The notes under the pieces are model-generated. The model was not told the DNA's origin and ran no database searches. It saw only the letters and a list, made by a program, of their open reading frames with translations. Positions 31,870 through 40,521 of a stretch of 64,000 nucleotides of DNA are shown here, one piece after another. The DNA comes from Blastocatellia bacterium (GTDB lineage Bacteria; Acidobacteriota; Blastocatellia; UBA7656). The DNA is taken from positions 64,001-128,000 of the forward strand of contig CAVXWP010000006.1 of the NCBI GenBank assembly GCA_963765495.1. Direction: 5' to 3'. A program made the position numbers and the translations under genes. How positions within the stretch are numbered: the first letter of the stretch is position 1; every line of letters begins with the position of its first letter.

Positions 31870-32020
31870 TCAGGGGAATAGACCGAACCCGTTGGACGCT
31901 TGTGAGTCTGAAATAGTTTTTTGCGCGAGATGTGCTACGCGCTCGCGCTTATTGTGTGGATGTTGTGCAGCAAAGGCAGCGCGTGTGCCCGAAACATTCC
32001 AAGGCTGCCGGAGAGGTGAA

Positions 32021-33820
32021 ATGCTTATGAACTTATCTGCCATTATTCGATTAAAAAGACCTTTGATGGTTGCGCTTATCGCGCTCGCCGTCACGGGATT
32101 GTCTCTTCCTCAAGCGCCGAATGTCTCGCTTGCAAGCACGTCGCCTTCGGGAAATCAGAATTCGGTTTCCGTCAAACACTCTTTGAAGACCGCGCGTGAT
32201 TCGGGTCTGTACACCATTTATAAGTCTGCCGGGGGAGCCGGATGCCGCGAAGCTTCCATCGAAGAAGCGAGCCGGATTTTGCAGCGCAACCCGAATGTGA
32301 AAATGCACAACATAGGCCGCGCGCAGACTTTCAGCCTCAACGCCGAGGAAACTCCCGGGCTGCAAATCATCCTGCGCGGCACCGATCAGTTGGAGCAGTT
32401 TCCGCTGGCGAAACAGGCATTTTTGAACGCCGCCCAGACCTGGCAGGATAAGATTCAAACCGCGATCACGATCATTATAGATGTCGATTTCGGCCCAACC
32501 AGATTTGGCCAAACATATCCGAACGGAGTGCTCGGGTCTACGGATTCTCAGCTTGTCGGGGACACGGACCTTTATTCAGACGTTCGCGCAAGCCTGATTG
32601 CAAATGCTTCAAGTCCGCAGGAAGCCGCTTTTTACAACACGCTTCCTCAGAATACTATCCCGACCGATCTTGGCGATACCGCCGTGATGATTGCGCCGAC
32701 GGCGGTCTTTCGAGCGCTTGATTTCCTTCCCCCGGTAGCCGATCCTGATGCCGAGGGTCTTGGCGACCCGCCTTCAATCGGATTCAATTCCAATTTCGAT
32801 TTTGATTTCGATCCGAGCGACGGTATCTCTCCAAACACAATAGATTTCGATGCGGTGGCTACACACGAAATAGGTCACGCTCTTGGCTTCAGTTCTGTAG
32901 CCGCTCTTGTGACCAAGTTTCCCAAGCCGAAAAAGGGCCTCTTCGGCCCAACCACCTGGGACCTGTTCCGTCTCCGCCCGCGCACGCCCTCGGCTTCCTA
33001 CTCGACGGCTGATCGCGTGCTGTCTGCCGGTGGCGAACAGGTATTTTCAGCCGGGGGGGTTGAGGCCAATTGCGCTACTGGAACCGGCTCTAATGGGGAT
33101 GGCGATCAGGCGTCTCACTGGAAAGCCGACGAGTTGACGGGCCGGTATGTAGGTATTATGGACCCGACGATTGCCGACGGTGAGCGCGAGGTCATCACAA
33201 GCCACGACCTTTTGGCTGTAGAGAGTTTCGGGTACACGCTCAGGCCGGGCATAAACCTTGCCGCCGAAGCCGGTAACTTTGCCGGGATTCTGGAGGGCGA
33301 TAAACTTACGCTCACCGGATCAATCGCCGACACGGACGGCAACGCCGCGCTTGCGCAGGTGAGGTTGCTCAACAGCGCAAGGCAACCTGTCGCGCCGGCC
33401 GCGACCTTCCCGATCACTTCAAACGGTCTGCTTATAACCGGGTTCAACCTGACCCTGTTTGGTCTTTCTCAGCTTCCCGATGCCATTCAGGCCGAAATCA
33501 CTCTGACCGACAGCCTCGGAAATGTCGGCAGACCCGTCAGAGCAAGTATCTTTTTGGGCGACATAGGCGGACCGGCGATCAACAACGTTACTTACAACGG
33601 GAAGAAGATGGTTATCAAAGGAAACGGCTATACCGGCGCGGTACAGCTTGAGATCAACGGCGTGTTGATCGGAGCCCCGGTCAATGTAAAGGTCAAAGGG
33701 GGAGGCACAAAGATAAAGATCAAAGCCGATTCTGCGAGTCTGCATCTGGTTACGGGGCTGAATCGCGTGCGGGTAATCAGCAATAACCTGAAGTCTGACA
33801 TCTTTATCCTGTCTCAATAA
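32021..33820 (+). CDS. Secreted zinc metalloprotease (NF038122-like zincin) with C-terminal Ig-like domains
   Basis: RBS GAGG, signal peptide, FDFDPSDGI, DFDAVATHEIGHALGF, QASHWK, GIMDPT. Confidence 0.85.
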   Translation: MLMNLSAIIRLKRPLMVALIALAVTGLSLPQAPNVSLASTSPSGNQNSVSVKHSLKTARDSGLYTIYKSAGGAGCREASIEEASRILQRNPNVKMHNIGRAQTFSLNAEETPGLQIILRGTDQLEQFPLAKQAFLNAAQTWQDKIQTAITIIIDVDFGPTRFGQTYPNGVLGSTDSQLVGDTDLYSDVRASLIANASSPQEAAFYNTLPQNTIPTDLGDTAVMIAPTAVFRALDFLPPVADPDAEGLGDPPSIGFNSNFDFDFDPSDGISPNTIDFDAVATHEIGHALGFSSVAALVTKFPKPKKGLFGPTTWDLFRLRPRTPSASYSTADRVLSAGGEQVFSAGGVEANCATGTGSNGDGDQASHWKADELTGRYVGIMDPTIADGEREVITSHDLLAVESFGYTLRPGINLAAEAGNFAGILEGDKLTLTGSIADTDGNAALAQVRLLNSARQPVAPAATFPITSNGLLITGFNLTLFGLSQLPDAIQAEITLTDSLGNVGRPVRASIFLGDIGGPAINNVTYNGKKMVIKGNGYTGAVQLEINGVLIGAPVNVKVKGGGTKIKIKADSASLHLVTGLNRVRVISNNLKSDIFILSQ

Positions 33821-33846
33821 AAGAGAGACGCGATTTCGCCTAAAGT

Positions 33847-33890
33847 AAAACGGCCCGGCAAGTATAATCGCTTGCCGGGCCGTTTTGTTT
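33847..33890. terminator. Bidirectional rho-independent terminator
   Basis: aaaacggcccggcaag-loop-cttgccgggccgttttgttt between convergent genes. Confidence 0.85.
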
Positions 33891-33907
33891 GAGCGCGCCT
33901 TCGGGTT

Positions 33908-35125
33908 TTAGACCAATTTCCAGTCGCATATACGGCAAATGTAGGGGCAGCCCGAATGAGTACATTTATTGTGGCTGCCCGAATCCGTCGTTAGCGCGAT
34001 GATGGTCATCGCCCTTCGGGCGATCCGGGCAAGGACAAGCCTTGCCCCTACACTCATTCGGGAATTGGTATAAGGCTTCCTGTTTTTCTCTTTCTCTTTT
34101 TCCTTCTGGCGCTCCTTCTCAAGTTGCTGCTGAAGCTCAAGCAGCGAGGGCGGGCTCTCCGCGAAATAGATCTCTTCGCGGTAGGTAGCCCTGACCGGCT
34201 TGCCGTTTAGCAGCGCAGGCGAGAAACGATATTGACGAAGCGCAGCCACGGCGCGTTCGTCTATCGCGGGATCAATGCTGCGGAGCACCTGAATGTTTAC
34301 GATCTCGCCTTCGGCTGTGACCACGCCCGCAAGCAACACCGATCCGCGAATGCTGCGGGTGCTCTCAAACTTGGGCACTACGCGCTCAAGCGCCACGGGC
34401 GGCGTGAAGCGGTCGCTTTCCGTCATCGAGATAGGCGAGCCGTATTCGTTTACCGGGTGAGAAAGCTGTTCGGGGCGATTTCGCAGGCTTGAGGCGGGCG
34501 TGATTTCCGTAGTGACAGAAATCAGCAGAGTGCGCTCGACCGGGGCGCTTTCTCTGTGGCCTCCCGCGCCTATAAAGTACTTTACTCCAAAGGCTCCGCT
34601 TCCGCCCTTCAGTACCACGGTTTCAAAATTTTCAAACTCGACATCCTTTACATCGAGTAGGGGTTTGTTGGCATAACGCACCCTGAAATCGAGCTTCATA
34701 TACCCGCGAATAAGGTCGTGCGGAGTGAGCAGAAAGGTCATATATTCGGGGCCGAGCAGGACCGCGTCGTTGAACGACTCTTCGTTTTCAAGCCCGACCG
34801 AGCGCACGTGGCGCACCTCTACCTCTTCGAGTTTGTATTTCTCTTTCAGGTAGGCGATCTCTTCGTCTGCGCTCGAATAAGTCCCCGACAATCTTGTTAT
34901 GTCTTTCATCTCCGGCGAGCGCACCGCGTCGTACTGGTAAACGGCGTATGTCAGGTTCACCGCGTACCTTCCCCTGCCTGCCCGCGCATTGGTTGCTCCG
35001 CTTTGAGAAAAGGCAGTCGCGACTGTTGCGACCGTTATTAGAGCAAACACCAGAATCAATCGAAGAGTCTGAAAGGCAGATTGAGTTAAAGCCCTTCCAC
35101 TCTTTTGAAATTTTGAGACAACCAC
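33908..35125 (-). CDS. Exported protein with a TonB C-terminal domain; last ~50 residues are largely repeat-derived
   Basis: GSVLLAGVVTAEGEIVNIQVLRSIDPAIDERAVAALRQYRFSPALLNGKPV. Confidence 0.8.
   Translation of the reverse strand: MVVSKFQKSGRALTQSAFQTLRLILVFALITVATVATAFSQSGATNARAGRGRYAVNLTYAVYQYDAVRSPEMKDITRLSGTYSSADEEIAYLKEKYKLEEVEVRHVRSVGLENEESFNDAVLLGPEYMTFLLTPHDLIRGYMKLDFRVRYANKPLLDVKDVEFENFETVVLKGGSGAFGVKYFIGAGGHRESAPVERTLLISVTTEITPASSLRNRPEQLSHPVNEYGSPISMTESDRFTPPVALERVVPKFESTRSIRGSVLLAGVVTAEGEIVNIQVLRSIDPAIDERAVAALRQYRFSPALLNGKPVRATYREEIYFAESPPSLLELQQQLEKERQKEKEKEKNRKPYTNSRMSVGARLVLARIARRAMTIIALTTDSGSHNKCTHSGCPYICRICDWKLV
33940..34052. repeat. GTAG-type REP doublet inside the 3' end of the TonB-C gene
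   Basis: tgtaggggca ... tgcccctaca with internal hairpins. Confidence 0.8.
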
Positions 35126-35141
35126 AAAAAATACCTCCTCG

Positions 35142-35996
35142 TCACCTGTCGCGGTCGGTTGCCTTCCGCTCGGCGACCAATTGCCTGTAGGCTTCGCTTT
35201 TGGTGATGCCTCGCAACCGGGCTACACGTTTGAGCGCGCTCTTGTGATCGAGACCTTCACCTTGCATGATTTCTTCAACCTCTTCCGAGACGGAACGCGA
35301 CACGGGCTTAGGTTGATTATCTGCGAGCGGAGGGCCTATGAGCAACACGATCTCGCCTTTGATCGGCTGTTTATCAATCGAGGCTGCAATATCGGAAAGC
35401 TTACCTCGCAGAAATTCTTCGTGCAGTTTGGTCAATTCGCGGGCCAGCGCCGATTGCCTGTCGCCGAGCACTTCGAGCGCGTCGGCAATCGTCTGTCTGA
35501 TACGATGAGGCGCTTCATAAAAAATCAGTGTCGATTTTAACTGCGCAAGCTCATCCAACCGGGCGCGGCGGGCCGTCTGACGCGACGGCAGGAAGCCCGC
35601 GAAGGTGAATTCATCCGTAGGCAATCCCGATGCGGCGAGCGCCGTGATGAGTGCCGACGGGCCGGGAACAGGCACGATTGTTATCCCTCGGCTGATCGCT
35701 TCGCCGACCAATCTGTAGCCGGGGTCTGAGACTAACGGCGTTCCCGCGTCAGAGACCAGCGCGATGTTTTCACCGGCTTCGAGCCGGGCTACAAGGTTTG
35801 TGGCGCGCGCGCGTTCGTTGTGCTCATGATAGCTGATCGCGGGTTTTGAGATGCCGTAATGCGTCAGGAGCTTTCGCGTGTGGCGGGTGTCTTCGCAGGC
35901 TATCAGGTCAACCTCTTTGAGCACGCCCAGCGCCCTGAGCGTTATGTCTTCGAGATTGCCTATAGGCGTCGCTACTAAATAGAGTGTGCCAGCCAT
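35142..35996 (-). CDS. rsmI: 16S rRNA (cytidine1402-2'-O)-methyltransferase
   Basis: LYLVATPIGNLEDIT.RA, ACEDTRHT, VSDAGTP.VSDPG, FYEAPHR, RELTKLHEE. Confidence 0.97.
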   Translation of the reverse strand: MAGTLYLVATPIGNLEDITLRALGVLKEVDLIACEDTRHTRKLLTHYGISKPAISYHEHNERARATNLVARLEAGENIALVSDAGTPLVSDPGYRLVGEAISRGITIVPVPGPSALITALAASGLPTDEFTFAGFLPSRQTARRARLDELAQLKSTLIFYEAPHRIRQTIADALEVLGDRQSALARELTKLHEEFLRGKLSDIAASIDKQPIKGEIVLLIGPPLADNQPKPVSRSVSEEVEEIMQGEGLDHKSALKRVARLRGITKSEAYRQLVAERKATDRDR

Positions 35997-36082
35997 AGAT
36001 ACTCACCGAAGATACTTTCCCCGCCCGTCTGCGGTCAATCGAATCAAGGGATTCGTATGAGCCCGGCTTAAGGAAGAATTTA

Positions 36083-36144
36083 GCCACAGAGACACAGACC
36101 CACAGAGTTATTCTTGTTCTTTGTGTTTGCGGTGTCTCTGTGGC
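36083..36144. repeat. CACAGAG-type palindrome
   Basis: gccacagagacac ... gtgtctctgtggc. Confidence 0.8.
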
Positions 36145-36295
36145 AATTTCTTGCTCTGAATAGAATATGAAAGTTCTCTGCGCTTGATTTGCGAAAGCCC
36201 CTATGATAGCTTTCGCGCATAACCTCACAGGTAAATTTATTGACCGTGCAGGGGTGACCGCGCGGGAATTGTCGGTCTGTTATTAGGAGGCTCTT

Positions 36296-38005
36296 TTGGC
36301 GAAACAGAAAATCTATGACGCGATAATCGTAGGATCGGGCGCATCGGGCGGCATGGCCGCCAAGCAATTGACCGAGCACGGAATGCAGGTTCTGGTGCTC
36401 GAAGCCGGGCCGCCCGTAAACCTGGAGCGGGATATGAACTCGCACCAGTGGCCCTATCAATCCATGTATCGCGGCTTTGGCCCGCCGGGCTGGAAAGATC
36501 ACGATCAGTGGATGGAGGATACGGCGGGCGAGTTCAGCCGCCACTTCTACGTAAAAGACACCGAGCACCCGTATACGACCGACCCCGGCAAGCCTTTCAT
36601 GTGGGTGCGCGCTCGCATAGTCGGGGGCAAGACTCTCCACTGGGGAAGGTTATCGTGGCGGCTTTCGGATCTCGATTTCAAGGCCGCGAGCCACGACGGG
36701 TTTAATGAGGACTGGCCAATCAGTTACGAAGAGATCGAGCCTTATTACAACAAGGCCGAAGAGTTTATCGGCGTGAGCGGAAATCGTGACGGCCTCTCTT
36801 ATCTGCCGGACGGGCATTTCATGCCGCCTATGCCTCTGACCTGCGGCGAACAGCTTTTGCGCAGGGGAGCCGAAAAGACGGGGCGTAAAGGGATAACTTC
36901 GAGGGTTGCGATGCTGACCGGCCAGCCCAAGCCGCATATGAAGGGCCGCCACAAGTGCCACTTCTGTGGCAACTGCGGCGAAGGCTGCGACGTGGGAGCG
37001 ATGTTCAACTCGCTTGTCTCGACGTTGCCCATAGCCGCTGCTACGGGCAGGATGACACTGCGCCCGAATTCCATAGTGCGTCACGTCATCATAGACACAA
37101 ACACCGGCAAGGCGAAGGGCGTGGCCTTTGTGGACCGCGTGACCCGCCAGGAGCAGGAAGCATTCTCTCGCATAGTCATTGTCGCGGCCTCTACACTCGA
37201 ATCCACGCGGATACTGCTGAACTCGAAATCCCGCCAGCATCCAAACGGCCTGGGCAACTCATCGGGCGTTCTGGGGCACTATCTTGTAGACCATTTTGGA
37301 GGCATAGGCATAGGCGGTTATTTCAACATCCTCGCAGGGCGCGACCCCGTTAACGAAGACGGCAAGGCCGCCGGGCTTTTTATCCCGCGATTCCGCAACT
37401 TGAATAAAGAGACGCGCCAGCAAAAATTTATTCGCGGTTACGGGTTCGAATGCGGGTCGGGCACCTATATGTTTCCGGGGATGGCAAAAGACCCGCGTCT
37501 TGCTCCGGGCATTGGCTCCGAGTTTAAGAGGCGAGTGCGCCACTATTACACCTCGCCCGTTTATATGACCACGCGAGCCGAGATGCTGGCCCGCTTCGAG
37601 AATCACGTAGAGATAGACCCCGATGGAGTCGTGGACGCCTGGGGAGTGCCTGTCTTGAAGATTCACATTCAGCACTCGGACAACGAGCGCGAGATGGCAA
37701 AAGACGCAGCCGACACGTGCGAAGAGATACTGCGCGCGGCGGGCGCGGAAATATCCTGGAAAGGGACGAAGCTCACGGCTCCGGGCCGCATCATTCACGA
37801 ACTCGGCACAGCCCGCATGGGGGCCGATCCGAAAAAATCTATACTCAACAACTTCAATCAATGCTGGGATGCGAAGAACGTATTCGTCACCGACGGGGCG
37901 GCATTCGTGGGCAGCGCAAATCAGAACCCGACTCTGACCATACTTGCGCTCACAATGCGCGCGTGTGATTATATCGCGGACCAGTCCAAGCGAGGGGAGC
38001 TTTAG
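36296..38005 (+). CDS. GMC-family FAD oxidoreductase (glucoside/sugar 3-dehydrogenase-like), copy 1
   Basis: IVGSGASGG, VGGKTLHWGR, Cys cluster CHFCGNCGEGC, GHYLVDH, IHELGTARMG, QNPTLTILAL. Confidence 0.9.
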   Translation: MAKQKIYDAIIVGSGASGGMAAKQLTEHGMQVLVLEAGPPVNLERDMNSHQWPYQSMYRGFGPPGWKDHDQWMEDTAGEFSRHFYVKDTEHPYTTDPGKPFMWVRARIVGGKTLHWGRLSWRLSDLDFKAASHDGFNEDWPISYEEIEPYYNKAEEFIGVSGNRDGLSYLPDGHFMPPMPLTCGEQLLRRGAEKTGRKGITSRVAMLTGQPKPHMKGRHKCHFCGNCGEGCDVGAMFNSLVSTLPIAAATGRMTLRPNSIVRHVIIDTNTGKAKGVAFVDRVTRQEQEAFSRIVIVAASTLESTRILLNSKSRQHPNGLGNSSGVLGHYLVDHFGGIGIGGYFNILAGRDPVNEDGKAAGLFIPRFRNLNKETRQQKFIRGYGFECGSGTYMFPGMAKDPRLAPGIGSEFKRRVRHYYTSPVYMTTRAEMLARFENHVEIDPDGVVDAWGVPVLKIHIQHSDNEREMAKDAADTCEEILRAAGAEISWKGTKLTAPGRIIHELGTARMGADPKKSILNNFNQCWDAKNVFVTDGAAFVGSANQNPTLTILALTMRACDYIADQSKRGEL

Positions 38006-38052
38006 AAACGGACGGGTGCCGAAGACGGCCCTTTTTCCGCTAAAAGAGGTGA

Positions 38053-38760
38053 TTGATGACAGGTGGCATTTTCAATAGCGAGGCCGAGCAAAGGCGCAGG
38101 ACGAATCGTAAACCGTCGCCGGGGCTACGCATCTATTCAGTCCCGGTATGGCTTGACGGGCGAGAGCTTTCAGGCGGCTTCGATCTTAATGGAGCGGCAT
38201 ACAAACTGGTCTTCGCGCCTTCGCGAGCCGAAGCCGACGACAGCAAACTCCATCTGGAAGGGCGACTCAGCATAACCGACGCGCGGGGGCGCACGCGTTC
38301 GGTTGATTCGGCGCGAGCTACGCTTGCGGCCACTCAGGGCGGGATGAACGCGGCTCCGGTTCGCCGCCAGATAATCGCCGCCGGAGCGCAGACCGGAACC
38401 ACCGCGACTTCAAATCAGAAGCAACAGCGCGCGGGCGAGAATGAAAAGCCGAGCGAGGCCGGTCCTGACCAGCAGGAGAAAGCGCGGGCGAGCAATTTGC
38501 CTGAGACCGAATATACCGATGCATCTTCATTCGTGGGCGTTATGTATATGCATCTTGAGCCGCTCGATAATCGAAGGCTTGGAGTGGCAGCCGACCTCAG
38601 CCGGGTCCAACTCAATGCGCGGCTCGCCGCCAGAGACGATACGGCCCGCTCGCTCCACAATCTGTACAGCTACGCGGTCGAAGCGCTCTATGTCGAGCAT
38701 CCAAATAAAGAGCTTGCAAAGGCCGCTCTTGATGAGATAAACCGGGTTCTAAGCAGTTAA
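38053..38760 (+). CDS. Hypothetical protein, apparent paralog of 63226..>64000
   Basis: RBS GAGGTG; directly follows GMC; block-wise similarity described in findings. Confidence 0.75.
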   Translation: MMTGGIFNSEAEQRRRTNRKPSPGLRIYSVPVWLDGRELSGGFDLNGAAYKLVFAPSRAEADDSKLHLEGRLSITDARGRTRSVDSARATLAATQGGMNAAPVRRQIIAAGAQTGTTATSNQKQQRAGENEKPSEAGPDQQEKARASNLPETEYTDASSFVGVMYMHLEPLDNRRLGVAADLSRVQLNARLAARDDTARSLHNLYSYAVEALYVEHPNKELAKAALDEINRVLSS

Positions 38761-38812
38761 GCGTGGGCAAATAGAGTATTTCAAATTCTACAATTTTTTT
38801 GGGAGAGTAAGG

Positions 38813-39094
38813 GTGAAGAAGACCAAATTCGCAATTACGTTTTTTTTCGTCGTCGGTACAATCGCTATGTTGACGGCGCAATCGGTCGCCTATCCGCCGT
38901 TTCTGGCAAAAGCGCGAAAGTTCGGAGCCAAAGATTGCACCTTTTGTCACGTCAATGCCGGAGGGGGTGAGCCGTTCAATGCTCGTGGCAAATGGCTCAT
39001 CAACGAGAAAGCCCGCCGCAAGGCCGACACCGTAGACCCTGAATGGCTGGTTGATTACAAGGCGGGAAAATCGGCCAAGAAAAAGAAGAGCTGA
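38813..39094 (+). CDS. Small exported monoheme c-type cytochrome
   Basis: Signal peptide ending SVA|YP, CTFCH heme motif. Confidence 0.75.
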   Translation: MKKTKFAITFFFVVGTIAMLTAQSVAYPPFLAKARKFGAKDCTFCHVNAGGGEPFNARGKWLINEKARRKADTVDPEWLVDYKAGKSAKKKKS

Positions 39095-39097
39095 TCT

Positions 39098-39190
39098 ACA
39101 GGATTGACAGGATTCAGACAGATTTACCTGGTTAAATAGATAGATGAATCAAATCCGTGTAAATCCGCCTGAATCCTGTCAATCCTGTCA
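39098..39190. repeat. Palindrome of CAGGATTGA units between convergent genes
   Basis: acaggattgacaggattcag ... ctgaatcctgtcaatcctgt. Confidence 0.85.
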
Positions 39191-39193
39191 AAT

Positions 39194-40363
39194 TCAACGC
39201 GCGCCGAGCAGGATGTCCATAGTCAACTGATCGAGCCGTTCGTATTGCAATCCCTTTTCCGCGAGTTTGACCCGATCAAAGTCGTAGGCGAGAAGCGCCT
39301 CCGCGTGATCCTTGGAATACTTGTCGATTGACGGTGCATTGCTTCTCATCTCGGCTATCTCGGCCAGTATAGCCTTGATCTCGGAGTCGGCATTCCACTG
39401 CGCGGCCTTGTCTTTCAAAATCAGATATGTGCGCATGCAGCCCCGGGCAAAATCCTTGACGCCGTCGTAATCTTCCGTGCGATATGCGTGCGCGTCGAAG
39501 TGCCGCGAACCGTCATAGCCCACGTCTTCAAGAAATTTCACAAGCCAGAATGCCGCTCTCGGATTGGCCGAGCCAAATCGCAAATCCTGATCATAACGAC
39601 CCGGCAATTGATCGTTCAGGTCTATGTGAAAGAGCTTGCCCGACTCCCAGGCTTGTGCAACCGCGTGCGACATGTTGAGGCCCGACATGTGTTCGTGCGC
39701 CACTTCCGGGTTGACCCCGACTATATCTGAATGATCGAGCGTTTCGATAAAGGCCAGGTAAGCGCCCGTCGTCGGCATGTAGATGTCTGCGCGCGGCTCG
39801 TTCGGTTTGGCCTCAAGCGCGAATTTGTAATCGTAGCCTCGATCTATGGAGTATTCGCACAGATAATTGAGCGCGCCTCTGAGTCGTTTAATGGCTTCGT
39901 CTGGACGGCGGCAGGCATCGGTTTCGACGCCTTCGCGTCCGCCCCACAGAACGAAGATTGTCGCGCCGAGTTCAGCGCCGATGTCCATCGCCTGCATGGT
40001 CTTTTGGACGGCGTAGGCGCGCACATCGGGGTCGTTGGCCGTAAAGGCTCCGTCTCGAAAGGCCGGGTCATAAAAGAGGTTGACGGTCGCCATAGGCACT
40101 TTCAAACCGCTCGTTTCGCAGGCGCGTTTGAAATCGCCAACTATGCGGTCGCGCTCGGCGGGCGTAGCGTCAATCGGTACCAGATCGTTGTCGTGCAGAT
40201 TGACTCCGTAGGCGCCCACCTCGGCAAGCATCGCCACCGTGTCGCCTGCCGAAAGCGTAGGCCGCACGGCTTCGCCGAACGGGTCGCGCCCTCGATTGCC
40301 TACGGTCCAAAGGCCGAATGTGAATTTGTGCTCGGGTTTCGGCACATACTTATCGTTTCCCAT
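39194..40363 (-). CDS. xylA: Xylose isomerase, class I (short, Streptomyces/Thermus-like)
   Basis: [57 protein letters not shown]; 389 aa. Confidence 0.95.
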   Translation of the reverse strand: MGNDKYVPKPEHKFTFGLWTVGNRGRDPFGEAVRPTLSAGDTVAMLAEVGAYGVNLHDNDLVPIDATPAERDRIVGDFKRACETSGLKVPMATVNLFYDPAFRDGAFTANDPDVRAYAVQKTMQAMDIGAELGATIFVLWGGREGVETDACRRPDEAIKRLRGALNYLCEYSIDRGYDYKFALEAKPNEPRADIYMPTTGAYLAFIETLDHSDIVGVNPEVAHEHMSGLNMSHAVAQAWESGKLFHIDLNDQLPGRYDQDLRFGSANPRAAFWLVKFLEDVGYDGSRHFDAHAYRTEDYDGVKDFARGCMRTYLILKDKAAQWNADSEIKAILAEIAEMRSNAPSIDKYSKDHAEALLAYDFDRVKLAEKGLQYERLDQLTMDILLGAR

Positions 40364-40521
40364 AATTTCACCCTCGTGACAATATTTTCAGATAAGCGTG
40401 AGATTATCCAAGTTCCCAAACCCAGTCAAGGATGGGCAGGTTGATTGTACCCGAAGACCATCCCGGTTTGACAGCGGTTGTACACTTAAACGCTAAGAAA
40501 TTCGACCGAGAGAGACTGGCT

